NCBI GenBank assembly: GCA_024137785.1
Contig: JAHRHZ010000042.1
Location: forward strand, 24,486,128 to 24,550,127
DNA length: 64,000 nucleotides
Direction of reading: 5' to 3'
Source: Ginglymostoma cirratum
Lineage: Eukaryota
The notes under the pieces were generated by a model that was not told the DNA's origin, did no database searches, and was given only the letters and a program-made list of their open reading frames with translations. Each line of letters starts with the position of its first letter. The first letter of the stretch is position 1. Positions 22,928-36,676 of this stretch are shown here, in pieces. The translations under genes were made by a program, and so were the position numbers.

Positions 22928-24164
22928 TGTCCTAAAATATACAGCTATGAATGTTGGTAGACAATAAAACATTAATAACCGAGCAATAAGTCTCTGAGCA
23001 GGAACTCCATAAAGAACTCAATAATTGAGTGTCCAGAATATCAGTGCAAAAGACAAGGCTGAAGCATTTCAAACTATCTACAGCCTGAGGTGCTGAATGA
23101 ACTTATGTTCCCCCTGCGGTCATCAGCATCAAAGAGTAGGTATGATATGAACAAAATATTGAAGTTGAAAATCTGTGGACTCTGATGTCAATCTGTAGTG
23201 GTGCTAACATGTGTTCCAGAATCAGCCACACCCCTTACCAAGCACTTCCAGCAACTCTGCAACACAATAAGTGTATCCACCGGTCAATATGGAAAGCTGA
23301 CCAGCTACACGCTGTCCACAAAAGGCATGATAAATCTAATATAGCTAATTATTGCTGCATCGGGTGGCTCTCCATCATCAGCAAAGTCAATAATGTATCG
23401 TCGACAGTACGATCAAGCAATATTTCCACAGGAATAACCCGCTCACTGATACTCAGTCTATGCCATGTTGCTCCACACTACATCACACATTGGTGCAATA
23501 TGGACAAAAGCACTGAACTCAAGTGATGAGGCTTGAATTACTGGCCTTGTCATCGAGGCAGTATTTGACTCAAGGAGCATGACTAGGTTCAATGTGAAGC
23601 AGGCGGAAAACTCTCCACTGGTTGGCAACTCACCAAGCGCAAAAGGGAAAATAGTTGTGGTTGTTGAAAGCCAATCATCCCAGGATATTGCTGTTAGAGT
23701 TCCTCAGGGAATGTCCAAGGCTGAAGTGCTTTCAGCCGGTTCATCAGCGACCTTCCTCCCATCAGAAAATCTGAAGTATGGATGTTTACCAATGATTACA
23801 CAACGTTCAGTCCTTTTTGTGTCCCCTCAGAGATTAAAATGCCGCTGTGCAGCAAGACCTGACAACGTTCATACTTGGCTTGATAAGTGGAAAGTAACAT
23901 TTACACCATCACAGTACCAGGTAATGCCCATCTCCAACAAGAGAGAAACTATTCATTTCCCTATGACGGTCAACAGTATCAACTTATATTTATATTGAGG
24001 CTGTAAGGTAATTAAATGACTGAAGACGCTGCACAGGAACATTTTGAGACAAAGAATGATACTAATCCACAAAGGGAGATGTTAGATCAGAAAGCCAAAA
24101 GTTTGATCAGCAATGAAAGGTGTAAAATTTAGGCACACGTCAATATCATTTTTGGAATTTGGTT

Positions 24165-24790
24165 TGGGATCAAGTGGTGCGGCCCAGTGATTGGTGCAGA
24201 GACTTCTACTGTTTACAATTTATACAAATGATTTACAATAATAATGATAGGAGGTACGGTTGCTAAATTTACTGATAACACAGAGATAGGTCAAAAAGTT
24301 GCGAAGTGGATATTAGGAATCTACAGAAATTTATAGATAGATTAAGTGAATGGGAAAAGGTGTGGCAAATGAAATATAATGTGGGAAACCATGTGAAATT
24401 GTTCATTTTTGATGGAAGGAGTTTTTTTTAAAAAGCATGTTATCAAAATGGTAGGAGGTTGCACATCTTACAATCACTGGGGTTTAGAAGGCAACTTATT
24501 GTAACATATAAGATTCGGAAGGGTCCTGACATGTACATGTGAAGTTGTTGTTTCCTCTTGAGGCAGAATCTAGATGTAGTTTCAAAATCAGGGATTGCCC
24601 ATTTAACATGGAGATAAGGCAACGTGTTTCTCTTTCAGAGGATCGAGGGTCTTTAGCACTCTCATCTGCTAGATTCTTGTTCAGCAAGGAGGTGGAATGT
24701 GAGATGGGAATGCAGATTTGAGGATGCAATAGATCAGGCATGATCTCAGTGAATGACAAAGCAGTCAAATGGTCCACTCCTTGTCCTTCT
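24165..24790 (+). mobile_element. Degraded CR1 RT/3' fragment
   Basis: gctaaatttactgataacaca (KFADDT), gaatgggaaaaggtgtggcaaatgaaatataat (WA..WQM.YN). Confidence 0.7.
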
Positions 24791-26317
24791 GTTAAGCAAA
24801 GCAGGACTGTAATTAGGAGGAATTAGCAGATGAATTCTCCCCCATCCAGGTGATGGGCTACGTATATCTGTTGCTCTGTTTTTCACTCACCGGTTTAACT
24901 GATCAAGTTGTGCAGAACATTTTTAACCGAGTGAATGAATTAGCTATCACTCCAGTTTAATATTAACTGGCAAATTGATGCAATCGGCCAGTTTTAGAGC
25001 ATTGATGAGAAAGATATCACTGTATGTTCTTAAACCTATCAGATAATCTTTAGCTCACACTTCAAATTTTTCACAATATTTTACTGTTTGAAGAAACACA
25101 TCTCATTTGTTTTCGTGATGACGGTAAGTGCTACTTACAATCAATATTTTATGAAACATGAATATACAATCCTACTGGAAAAACAAGTTAAAATAGATTT
25201 TCCCGATTATACAATTATCGAGTAATTTGACATCTTTCAGTAAATGCCCATCATGGTTAGGTATAAATAGCTTTAAGAGCAGTCACATCTTCTAAATTGT
25301 GTCAAATATACAGCTTGCAAGGGATTGTCGAACAATCAATTCATGACTTAAACAGAAATCATTACATCTGGACCTAAATCTGTAAAGGAGCACAGGTAAC
25401 ACAACTGGTTTTTCTCAAAATTATAATCTGAATGCCTGCTTATATTTTAGTGCCATTGTACATGTTTTAAAAAACTGAATTTATAAGATAATACATTTGA
25501 TTCATTAGGGGATCAATGAAACCCAAAAACATTTTGGGTTGTAAGTGCTTCAACTCAACTACTTCAGTTCCAACAACTTCCAGTTTAAAAAAGGGAGCCA
25601 CATAGTGCTTGCAATCAATCCACTCTCACAAACTGGGCTGTCTATTTAAATATTTAATTGAGACTTGATGCTTCACAGTTCAGATTCATTGTGAATTTAG
25701 TGCTAGCCAGCTGTGCTTCTTATCCTTCATAAAACCCAGCAACTAAAAGGAAGTGAGGGACGCTGCTGAATGAGATTAGATGCCTTCCCAGTACTGCACG
25801 TGGGCCAGGAGAAATAGCTATAATTCTTCCTAGTCTTCAAGCCTTCCCGCAATTTGACCTCAAACATACAGCTCCACCTCTTACTTGGAAAATCCACTCC
25901 ATTGAGCATTCAGGTGATTGAGATTTTTGGCGTGATTCCTTATCGATGGCAATTTTAAGGAGTCTAGGATGAGTAATCATGAGGATGCCAAGCACAATTA
26001 CTGCAGTCACTTCTTAAGCAAATGATGATGTGTGTTCTTTTGTGGGATTTAGTCTACCTCTAATCCTTCAGATTCAAATAAGTATGAATAATTCTGTGTT
26101 TCGATGGGCACAAGAATACTTTCACTAGCCCTCTACACTTCTGATAGGGACATAGGATAATAAAGAAAAAATTCTAACCTTGATCTCTACGGGACCTTTT
26201 TCCTATTTCTACAAAGCTTCACACCATCAAACATCTTTCATATTTCAGCCAAAAAGCTGGATTCCGCTCATTAAGTGCAGGATGTACAAGTACAGAACAG
26301 TAATGCATTCATAGTGA

Positions 26318-26487
26318 AAACGGAAAGAACAGCGGATGCTGTAAATCAGAAACAAAAACAGAAATTGCTGGAAAAGCTCAGCAGGTCTGGCAGAATCTGT
26401 GAAGAGAAATCCGAATTAATGTTTCAGGCCTGGCGACCCTTCTGCGGAAGGTGGCCCTTTTGAGGAAGGATCATCGGACCCAAATGT
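26318..26487. mobile_element. Family D mini-element with short inverted end and 11 bp TSD
   Basis: attcatagtga at 26307-26317 and 26488-26498. Confidence 0.8.
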
Positions 26488-28160
26488 ATTCATAGTGATT
26501 GTTCACTAGGCAACTCTTACAAAAAAAAAAATTCTCAGTACAAGGGTAGTAAGCTATTATTTTATGAATAACTTTAATAAATCGTGTTATTCCTTTCGTG
26601 TTACACTTTCCTACGAATTGATGAGATCTATTGCTCTCTTAAATTCCATAACCAACTTTATGACTTCAACAATTCAACTGACTCATCTACTCCAAAGGTT
26701 GCCATTTCTTGTTGAATTTAATTATCTGTCGGATCGATACAAATGTGGTAGGCATTCGTATAAGTGCATCAATTGCTCAGCTAATTCACCTTTAGAATAC
26801 ATGGCTTGATTCCTTCCCGAAATAAATTCCCTTGGATAATCCAAAAAATGTTATACACAGTGGGGCCTCCATTAGGCTAAGGGAAATCAGCCTAAATGTT
26901 AATGTGGAGCTTACATGTGACATTTGGACACCAGGGCGACTTGGAAACATTTATAATGGTTCTAGAGTGAGGCTTGCTTTACTTTAACTTCCCTAGCTTC
27001 AAAAGAATGATCAAAGGTCACTTCCACCCAAACACAGCAGAAAAGATGAGTTTCGACCAGAAAGTAACCTCAATGCCAAGTTTCAGATTCCTGAGTGAAA
27101 ATCTCATCCTTGACGTTTGACAAGGAGTCAGAGGCAGTGGAAGGGCTAAGAGAGTGTGCAGTGAGTGTTGTCAGCATAATCATGGGACTTGGAATGTTAT
27201 ATGTCTGAATGATGATGATACTCCAATTTGCCTTTTTCAACAGTCTTCTAATTCCTTTAGTACGATCTATTTTAAACTTGGGATATAAGTGCATTTGCGA
27301 GTAGATGGCAAATAGGTAGAAAAGAGAAAGGGTTCTGTTTGATTTTCAAGGAAGGAATTCAGACCATTTGACTTTTCCTCAATTCTAACTTGACAATTGC
27401 AACCTGGTGGAAGGTGGTGACTTGGCTTGATTCTTTCTTACGCCTTTGGTCAGCCACAACAAAAGAGTTGTAATTATTTTAGTGTGCAGCTATAATCAGA
27501 CCAATTAGGATGCAGTGCCAGTTCAATTTTTTTTAAAATTGTAATCGGAACATACATGTTTTCTTGAATGAAAGAAAGAGAAATTTTATCACTTCGTAAC
27601 CCCAAGAAAAATAACAAAATACATGGTGGGCATACCCACAAATACTGGTATAAGGTATACAGAGAAAAGAACATCTCAACGAAAAAAGGAAGGTCAAGAA
27701 CGTGCAGTCTAAAAAGTGCTCAGATTCCTTGAGGTGATACATTTCAATGTGCAACCACAGTTGCTTAATTGACGTATGCTCGGTAGTGTCCTAATTTGTC
27801 AATAGCCTGGAGCTCTCAATAAATGTTTTGTTTTTCACTAAGCCTTATCACTGGGCACTGTGATTTCAGAGAGACTGAGAAAAACTGGGAGAGACAGTAA
27901 GCCTTCCAGTCCTAATGTTATGAATTCATTTCTGTTCTCTCTGCTTTGCCAAAGAACTGTTGGTTGAAATATAGTCCCTTTATATCTCCATGTGTGCTTT
28001 CATTGTTTATCCCAAGGCAGATAATCTGAAGGCAACTTTTATCACAATATGTGAAACTTCCAGGAGGGTATAAATCAAACATTGGATACAGATCTCAATA
28101 ACAGTGTTTATTAATGGTTTCGTGAGGTTCATCAATTAGGTCAACCAACTACTGTGGCCA

Positions 28161-28379
28161 CAAAAACAAAGTTGCTGCTAAAGCCCAGCAGGTCTGGCAG
28201 CATTTGTGAAGGGAAAAAACAGAGTTAACGTTTCAGGTCCAGTGACCCTTCCTCAGAACCCGACCCGAGACGTTAACTCTGGTTTCTCTTTCACAGATGC
28301 TGCCAAACCTGCTGAGCTTTTCCAGCAACTTTGTTTTTGTTCCTGATTTAGAGCATCTGCAGTTCTTTTGGTTTTTATT
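28161..28379. mobile_element. Palindromic family D mini-element with 14 bp TSD
   Basis: aactactgtggcca (28147-28160) / aactgctgtggcca (28380-28393); inverted arms; tail on right arm only. Confidence 0.85.
28224..28259 (-). ncRNA. Minimal hammerhead ribozyme motif, family D
   Basis: Minus strand: GTT-CTGAGGA-A-GGGTC-ACTG-GACCT-GAAA-C-GTT-AAC; stem I gtt/aac, 5 bp stem II, palindromic AACGTT, GUU triplet. Confidence 0.7.
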
Positions 28380-31300
28380 AACTGCTGTGGCCATCTCAGC
28401 TCAGTGGTTTTTCCTTTTGAAAAACATCTTCATCAATGAAAGGCCCCAGCTCGTAAAATCAGATGATGGAGGCTAAAAATTCATAATTAACTTTTACCAC
28501 CATCGTAAAGTTTTAAAGTTTTAAATTCACTATGCTGTAACTGTCAGCTCCTTGATTTACAAGTTGTGGTCAAATGATGGACCAGCATGGACCATGGCAG
28601 GCAATGAATCCGTTCACCGCCAGCACGGAAAGAACTCAACAAGAAAAAGGAGACTATCCAAAAACATAATCTGTGGCAAACACACAATGGCCAGCTTCCA
28701 GAGCTGACAGCACAATGGAAGACCCTCCAGCAAACTACAGAAGACAGCTCAGTTGGCAATAAGCATTTATGCCCCATCAGATAATGCAGAACAGTGTGCA
28801 CTGGAACTGGTTCACGTGTGTTGCATTTGTGCTTATGACTTTTAATAATTTGTTAAGGAGTCTTATTGATATGGATTAGGTGAAATGAAAAAAAAAAAGA
28901 ATATGCTCCATTGATTTGCAGAAGAAATAACATAGCTGGCCTGAAGTGTGGGATAATGTTGCCCGTGATAAGACAAATATAGGGGCACTGGGTACCAGCT
29001 TGCAGAGACAGCTATGATCACCCACTAACAATGCTGCTGACTTAGACTAGAAGGCAAGGATTCTGAGTGCATGTTTGTCTGTGTGTGTATATGCACTCAC
29101 ATCTGTGAATGTATGCTGCATGGGCAAGAGACAATTATGCTAAGAAATTTGTCGTTAAACCATCTGCTTTTTTAGTTGAGTAACTTAAGACTCTGACTGT
29201 GCTGTAACATTGCCTACAGTCAAAATGCAAAGGGTCACATATGAGATTGTATTGCTTCTGTTGACAGTAAAATGAGAGCGGACAGAACAATGAAGGACAA
29301 AGCTCAATAATACTTCAGCAGGAAATGCTCCTTCCCACAGAATACAGGATTATTGTGTATCAAACTCTCTGGAGGACTGATTAGTTTGCAAGAGTTGCTC
29401 CCTTGAAAATTTGTGGTTACAATGTCAGAAACATTCCATATTTCATGTAGAAAACTCTGCAGAACTAAGGAACAAGGCAAGGACAGTGTTTTTGACTTAG
29501 TATTGGCAGTTCATCTATCTGATTCAAATGATGTACAGCAGCACGAAGAGGAATAGACAATTAAATATCCTTCAATTAGTTTGTGGCAGCATTCCCAGGA
29601 TTCTCTTGTTTCTCTACTTCAACGAAAAACACTCTCAACCCTGTACTCTAATGTTAACTGTTGATAAAGGACTCATTGTCCATTTATAGTTTTATTATTT
29701 GTGGAGGCACTTCTGTGCAGATAAATTACTTTGGGTAGATGAGTTGTTGATCTTTGGTGACTATTTTAGGGCATGTTTGCAAAGAAAATGAACAACATTT
29801 TGGAAATTGTCAGGAAAACAACACATTGAGGTTAACTTTTTTGTAGCAGTGTGCAAATGAAAGAAGCAAGGCACATTATAACTGAATAAAGTGGTTTTCT
29901 TTAACCATTTAATATTCTGAGGATATCTTTTAAAGCAGTGCGCTGATTATTGTACAAAATTACACATTCAGTCTGTTCAGCGCATGCAATGAATGCCAAC
30001 ATTTATGACACTCACCAGCATCCTCCCACTCATTTTAACTGACAACTTACAAACCCATCCCTCATTCTTAAACCTCAATTCCTTCTATCCCTTTCTCTCT
30101 CATGTACTTCCTCACAAGAATGAATAGGGTATAATGACTCCGTACGGCAGGGACTTCCACCGTCTGATCATTCCCTGGTGGCCTGTCTGGGAGGTTACAT
30201 AACGAAGTGAGAAAGCTGATTCTAACATTCAATACCAATTGCAGAAAGGGATTGTTAACCAGGCATCAAGAACTTTGTGGTGTTTACAAGAAATCCAGAA
30301 TATAGGTTAAAGCCAAGTGCCAATATTGGCAAGGCACAGCTTCAGGTGCATTTCAGGTAACCTTGGGACACAGGGCATAATCCCCAAAATTCAACTCTTC
30401 TGTACTTTGTCAAACATGGGAAAAAGGAAGGTTGAGATCCCATTTCACTGCTGCCTACGCATATGTAATCTGGGATATTCTAAATGGTTTAAGTGATTAA
30501 TAAAATGTTCTAAATTCATTTCTAAAAACTGTAAATTGAATAAAACAGCTAAACAAGTGTCTAACTCAATGATCAAGTCAATACAATGAAACAATCTGAA
30601 ATTCAGAATTCTCTCTCAAAGCCTGCCAATATAGATATCGATGGGGAAAGCTGCTTTAAAGAACATAAGTCTGGCATCATGTTTGATTTGGCACATAGTG
30701 CGAGTGGGGACTGAGCAACATGGGTAATTGTAAAACTTGTGGCAAATTACTTCAGAACTCTGGAAAGAGCTGTTTCAACATCAGGAGCATCTTGCTGCAT
30801 CTTTTATTCTTTTGGTGAGGAATGCAGTGAGCTTTTCACTACGCACCATCATTTGTCAATTAAGGTGGATTATGGATTGTTAAATGTTTCTTGCCTTGTT
30901 CACATTCAATTTTCCACCATAACAAACAAAACCTTGACATGGAAATTAATGTAGCTACCTGGCAACTCCAGCTCACCATCTGCTCCAAAGAACCTCTATG
31001 TTGGACACCAGCCACTGACATCTCAGGAAATGCCATACGAATACCAGCATCCCGTGTCCATACCTATTGGCATCCAACATGTGCCTGCCTCAATGAACCC
31101 TTACGGCACATCTTCGATTCTGTACTCCAATGCTGCAAGGCCAGCCACCTTTGCAGCAAGGACACTTTGTGTTCAAGGACACACCACCAGCTCAAGTACT
31201 GGACCAGGCTCCATGACCAGGCTCTTCACTTGCTATCATAGTGTACACATTCATGCTAAACCTATCTGGATGCTCACAACATCCCTGCCATTGTCCTGTT

Positions 31301-31509
31301 TGTGTGCAGTTTGCCCCCTTAGCAAGTGCTTATCAAGCTGAAATTACTTCCAGCTTTCCTTGCCTTTTAGCACTTTCACAAAGTTAGCGTGCTTGTCCTG
31401 GTCATCATGTGGCCTCAGTCAAAGGGCATAGCCTTCACTCAGGGGGCAAGTTAACATCACTGGTACCAATCTAGAGGCTTGGACACAGTCAGTCAGCCAG
31501 CCACTCAGG

Positions 31510-31615
31510 GTGGTCAGAGTCCAGATGACCTCTTCATAAGGGGTGAACAGCCAAAAGTCACGCAGCCCACCACCTGTCTTGACTCTTTCTGCCCTATTGT
31601 GAGCTGTTTTCCTCA
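31510..31615 (-). pseudogene. Myb/SANT-like DNA-binding protein remnant, probably from a PIF/Harbinger transposon
   Basis: RKTAHNRAERVKTGGGLRDFWLFTPYEEVIWTL fits the K.AHNR.E..KTGGG....LTP.EE pattern C-terminal to Harbinger Myb/SANT domains. Confidence 0.55.
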
Positions 31616-31959
31616 TGGAATGGAGGAGGGGCAGGTATAAAGGAAGATGAAAGTGGGTGGCACAGCTGTTGGTTCTGGTGCAGGAGAGGTGGTGTCCTGA
31701 GCAAGTGATTAGGCAGCAAACAGGACGCGCAGGATTGGTAGTGCCCGGGTTGGATGGCAGAAAAGCAAGTGAGGAAGCTGTTGCAGGCAATAGTGACAGT
31801 ACTGGGGCATACGCTTACACTTACACTCTGTGTAAAAAAAAGCCCCTCTTGTCTCTTTTAAATCTTTCTCCTCTCACTGTCAAAATATGCACCCCAGTGT
31901 TGAAATCCGCCACCCAAAGGAAAGAAAGGAAAGGAACACCCAAAGGAAGAAGGAAAGTG

Positions 31960-32275
31960 TCCTTCTGTACAAGGTTGGTGTGCATAAGGTGTAAGATAAG
32001 GCGTATAAGACTATGAATGGCATGAACATGGTGAATAGAAACAAGCTGATTCCCTTAGTTGAAAGGCCAGCTACAAGGGGGTGTAATTTTAAACTGAAAG
32101 GCAAGAGGTTTAGAGGGGATTTGAGGAAAGATGCTTTCAACCAGATAGTGGTGGGGGTTTGGATTGCACTGTCAAGGAAGTGTGTTTGGATGACCACTTG
32201 AAGTGTCTTAACATTCAAGGCTACGGACTGAGTGCAGGAAAGTAGAACTAGTGCAGATAGTAGTATATGTTTGGT
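31960..32275 (+). mobile_element. CR1 3' fragment
   Basis: RPATRGCNFKLKGKRFRGDLRKDAFNQIVVGVWIAL corresponds to CR1 ORF2 C-terminal TRGH..K...F...RK.FF.QRVV..WN.LP. Confidence 0.8.
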
Positions 32276-32339
32276 GATACAGAATTTTGACGTGATGGTT
32301 TTCCAATCTGCCAGCAAAAGTACCACCATCTTCTCTGTG

Positions 32340-32595
32340 ATATCTCACTGTATTTTTGTTACAGCATCCACTTTCACCAAATGGTATTAGTGAACTAGAT
32401 GGATTTTGTTTTACAAAAATAAATGATAATTTTGGAGATCAACATTATTCAGATTAGCTTTCAATTTCAGACATCAATTTAATTTAATTTAAATTCCACC
32501 CATGGGCACGGTCAGATTCAACCCTATATCCCCAGGACATTTGTCTTCTTGATTATTAATACAGAGAGAGTACCATTACACTACTGCGTCCCTGT
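32340..32595 (-). mobile_element. Degraded tRNA-derived SINE (same family as 21196-21528)
   Basis: attagtgaactagatggatttt...aaattccacccatggg...gattcaacc...taccattacactac. Confidence 0.6.
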
Positions 32596-33351
32596 CTGAA
32601 ATTAAAATTCCACTTGCAGTTGCTTTTCAGTTTAGAGCAGGCAGAAAAGCAGAAGACGTGCAGCCTCATGGTCCAAACAAGTGCCTCAAACCTTCATCAT
32701 CAGGTGTTTGTCCAAGAAACTAAAGCAGGAATAGGCCATTCTAGTCCGCTCATAGTTGATCTTCAACCTCAACGTCATCTACCTTCACTATCACCATATC
32801 CCTTGATATCTTTGATCTGCTCTGCTCAAGTGACCATAATTTCATGCTACCACGTGCAATTCAGTTTGACTGGCATCTTATTCCAGAATTTTAAATCAAT
32901 AGCCAAAGTTTCCTGCTGTGATTTGGACAGCTGCTGTCATTCATTCACCTTTCTCTTTCAACTATACAAATTTTGTTCTGTCCTTCTCCAAGCCCATCAA
33001 CAAGTTCCTTTTTTAAAAAAAAAGTTAGCTCAAGAGCATTTTAATTGGAGGTGTGGAAGCTCCCCCATTCCCACACCACCCAATATCCTCCTTGACTTGC
33101 CATCTGAAAGCATGACTTTCAAAACCATCCACAGTTAACCATGTACACAACCCCATCCCAAATCCAATTCATGTGCTTCAGAAGCAAGCTGTAAGAGATC
33201 ACCTGCCTACACATGATTACTTGACGCAGGTCAAAAATGTTCATAGTTCAGTATTAAGACACAATTGAAGGATACTTGTGGTGTTGCAGTCATATCCCCA
33301 GCTCTGGCCTAGGAGACCTGGGTTCAATCCCCACTGCCCCAGACATGTGGG

Positions 33352-33892
33352 TCAGGCCTCTTCTGGAGTACTCTATCCAGGTCTGGTCACCTGGGAAGGG
33401 TATAGGAAGGGTGGTATTAAGCTAGACAGGGTTGAGAGAAAATTTACCAGGATGTTGTCGGGAATGGAGGGATGGAGTTGAGGGGAAAGGCTGCATAGGC
33501 TGGGACATTTTTCACTGGAGTGAAGGAGGTTGAGGGGTGACTTTATCAAGGTTGTGAAAATCATGAGGTGGACAGATAAGGTGAATGGCAGGTGTCTTTT
33601 CCTTTGGATGGGGGATTTCAAGACTGGGGTGCATATTTTGACAGTGAGAGGAGAAAGATTTAAAAGAGACAAGAGGGGATTTTTTTTTTTTACACAGAGA
33701 GTGTAAGTGAAAGTGTTGGATGCAAGTACAGAGACAATGTTAAAGATATTTGGATCAGTATGTGAATAAGAAATGTTTGAAGGGATATGGGCCAAGCGCA
33801 GGCAAGTGGGACTAATTTAGTTCGATATTATGTTCGCCATGGATTGGTTGGACTGAAGGGTCTGTTTCTGTGCTGTGTGACTCTATGACTCA
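33352..33892 (+). mobile_element. CR1/HER1 LINE 3' end
   Basis: YRKGGIKLDRVERKFTRMLSGMEG; tail ggactgaagggtctgtttctgtgctgtgtgactctatgactc. Confidence 0.9.
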
Positions 33893-36676
33893 ATAAGAAG
33901 TTGATTAGAAAGTATCTCAGATCATATTAATACAGATGTAGGACAGCAGTGCAAGACAGCACAGTGTTAATATTAATACTTTCTTCAAATCTGAAACTCA
34001 GCAAAGATTAAAAATTAGACATATATAAATTAAACTATTCGTCACATACTATCCATTCCACTCAAATTGTAGAGCGGAGTCATTTTTATCAAGTATAATT
34101 GAAGGAGAAAACCATGAGCTAATGCCAGTTGCAAAACTCTTTGCAAACATGAGAAAAGTTCACGCTGCATGGCATCATTATTTTCTTCAAACAACAATGT
34201 TATACCTGTCTAAAACACAAAACGTTAATAGCATTTTGCTGTTATCTACAACTTGTGTTCAGAATGTATGTCACAGGCACTAAAATCTGATGTTAATCGA
34301 TCGTCTTCCACATGATGGAGTAAACGTAAAACGCTAAAATCCTCAAAAAAAAATCAAGAAGCAGTCAAACTTCTAATCCTATTGTGACAAAAGAAATGCC
34401 TTAATCACAGCATTTATTTTTGAACACAAGCAATTCTTTTGAAGTATTTCATAAGATGCCAATTAAGTGTCTAGAAAAACTGCAAATTTTATAAACAAAG
34501 CAAAGCAAAATATCCCACAATATAAAACTATTGCACTCATGAGGGAATAATTTTAAACCAAGAAGACATTTCAAGCAATCAAGTACTGTGATACCCAAAA
34601 TTGTGATTTCAAAATTATATTCCTCTATTTTTGCAAGACTAATGATTAACTCATCATTGTACTTTAACAGAATTACTTTTCAACTACTCATAAGAATCTT
34701 GATTTTATTTCAATGGAAAAAAATACTTGTCTCCCATCAGAGTCGGTCAAGTGTGTCAAGGAGAAAATTCTTCCTTAAACTCAGCTGAAAGCAGCCATAC
34801 TACATTAAGTCTACTGGTTGTAAGTTTTTAACAGTATCATGCAGTTTTCATAGTCACAGCTCTGCTTATTTCAATATCCTCGCTCTCTCTCTCCTGCATA
34901 TTAATTCTCTCCCCAGGGATGGTGCAGCACTCCATACCGACAGCTAATATCAACACTTCATATTTTTGTGCTCAGCACACTCAGCAAAATCTGCCAAAAT
35001 CTGCATAGGCATGACATATTTCTGGAGCAAACAAAAAGGTCATTAAAAAATTCCCTGCTACAGTCAGATCATTCCATCATCCAACTCTGCCTTCAGTTTA
35101 CCAAAAGTAATCCAAATTGTACGCTTGAGAGTCCAAGCTAAAAAGGTGATGACAAATGATAGAGCCAACATTTACTTCAGGTTGACTGCTGGAATGTGCG
35201 TCAACTCATTCATACACAAAATCTTCCCCTCAGCATAACGCGGCTGTTGATCTAAAAATCAAAGGGGCACAAATGTTACAATGCAATAATTTTTACTGCA
35301 TGTGGCATATTTCAGCTCAGTATGACAATTATTTATTGCATCAGCAAATTAAAGCACCTCCACAATAATGTGGAAGATACAACAGATGTCATTACTTCAC
35401 AAATGCTAGTATCGGAGAAAACCAATTAACAAAAAAGCATCAAGGTCTTTGAATATTTTTTTGAGTCAAATTAAATTCCCAATGAATAGCTCCCTTGATG
35501 CTGGGCAATTAATGTGTGTCCAAACAGACTTGATTAAAATTAATCACCAAATCTCATCAACATGCTCAGCACAGGCTTGCCTTATCAATCATGTCCCAAT
35601 ATGCAGAGCAAACACAACAATACTGGGCTATCTAACTGGCTGGCAGTGACTCTTGGATCAAACCTGTTACACTTCAAGAAGGATAGATGGCCAAAATATT
35701 TAACAACAGGAACTGTATTAAAGAAGGTATTCACTCTGCAGGCACCAATTGCTACCTCAGCACATCTGCACGCGAAAGAAATGTGAAGAGAACCATAACT
35801 ATAGAAGTGAAGCAGTGGAGTACACTATCTTCTTCCCCCTAAAGTAAAGGAACAACCAGCTTCAAAGGATATAGAAATGCCAAAAATGAGTGACAATAAA
35901 GTTCCATTTGAAAAGCGTTCTTTTAATCAGTCTTTCATGAAAATTGCTTTTACTACAGTCCACTAAAAGTGTCAATCATCTAGACCTTTTAGAATATCAA
36001 CAGCAGAAACTGCAGGCACTCAAAACCTTGGGTAAATGAACGTTGTGCAATTGAAAGAACAAAAAGTCAGAACTGTCAATTGAACAATGATTTCCCTGGA
36101 TGCAGCTATGTGAACATTAACATTCTCATGTGTGCGTGTGGGCTGTTAGCCAGGAACAGACTGAAGGGTGTATGTATCATTTGGGTTACTAGGCTCTGTT
36201 CAGACGATATAGAGGGTCAATGGATATAAAAGTGCTATCGCTTTAAACAGTAGCTAATTGGGGCCATGGCATGTGTTAGGGTTATATCTTAGCATGGAAA
36301 GCATGAGGGGTCATCTGTGTGGATTGAGGATCATGAGTGGCATGGATCTGGTATGGGAGTGTATAGTAGGGGAAGGGTAAGGAAGAATGAGGAAAGATGG
36401 CTCAGAGTGCTCATTGTTTTTAAATTATGACGAGAAAAAAAAAAAACAGTTCCAGAGCATGGAAGTGGGCCTTTTAAATAACCTGCCTCAGCAGCCCCAG
36501 CGGGTGCCTCTGAATTATGTCCGGTGGGGAGGGGGAGGTCACAGACTTAACTCCTGTTAGCCCCTAAACCCTGGAATAAAATCCCATCTTTGTGGGCGTC
36601 TTGTATCGGTGTGGCTATACTGAGCTGGGAAAATTCCTGTCTCCCACTGTTTACTTCAAGGATAAAAATCCACTCA

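Larger units (their letters stand above)
21040..23985 (+). mobile_element. Old CR1/L2-superclade LINE with tRNA-like 5' head, highly degraded, with younger insertions
   Basis: RT remnants KRHDKSNIANYCCIGWLSIISKV, VPQG, DNVHTWLDKWKVTFTPSQYQVMPISNKR; 5' region 21040-21190 plus 21545-21650 resembles the SINE at 21196-21528. Confidence 0.7.

Noticed and set aside
32614-33138. 174 aa ORF
   Set aside because: Non-ATG start, no recognisable domain, overlaps a decayed CR1 3' UTR fragment
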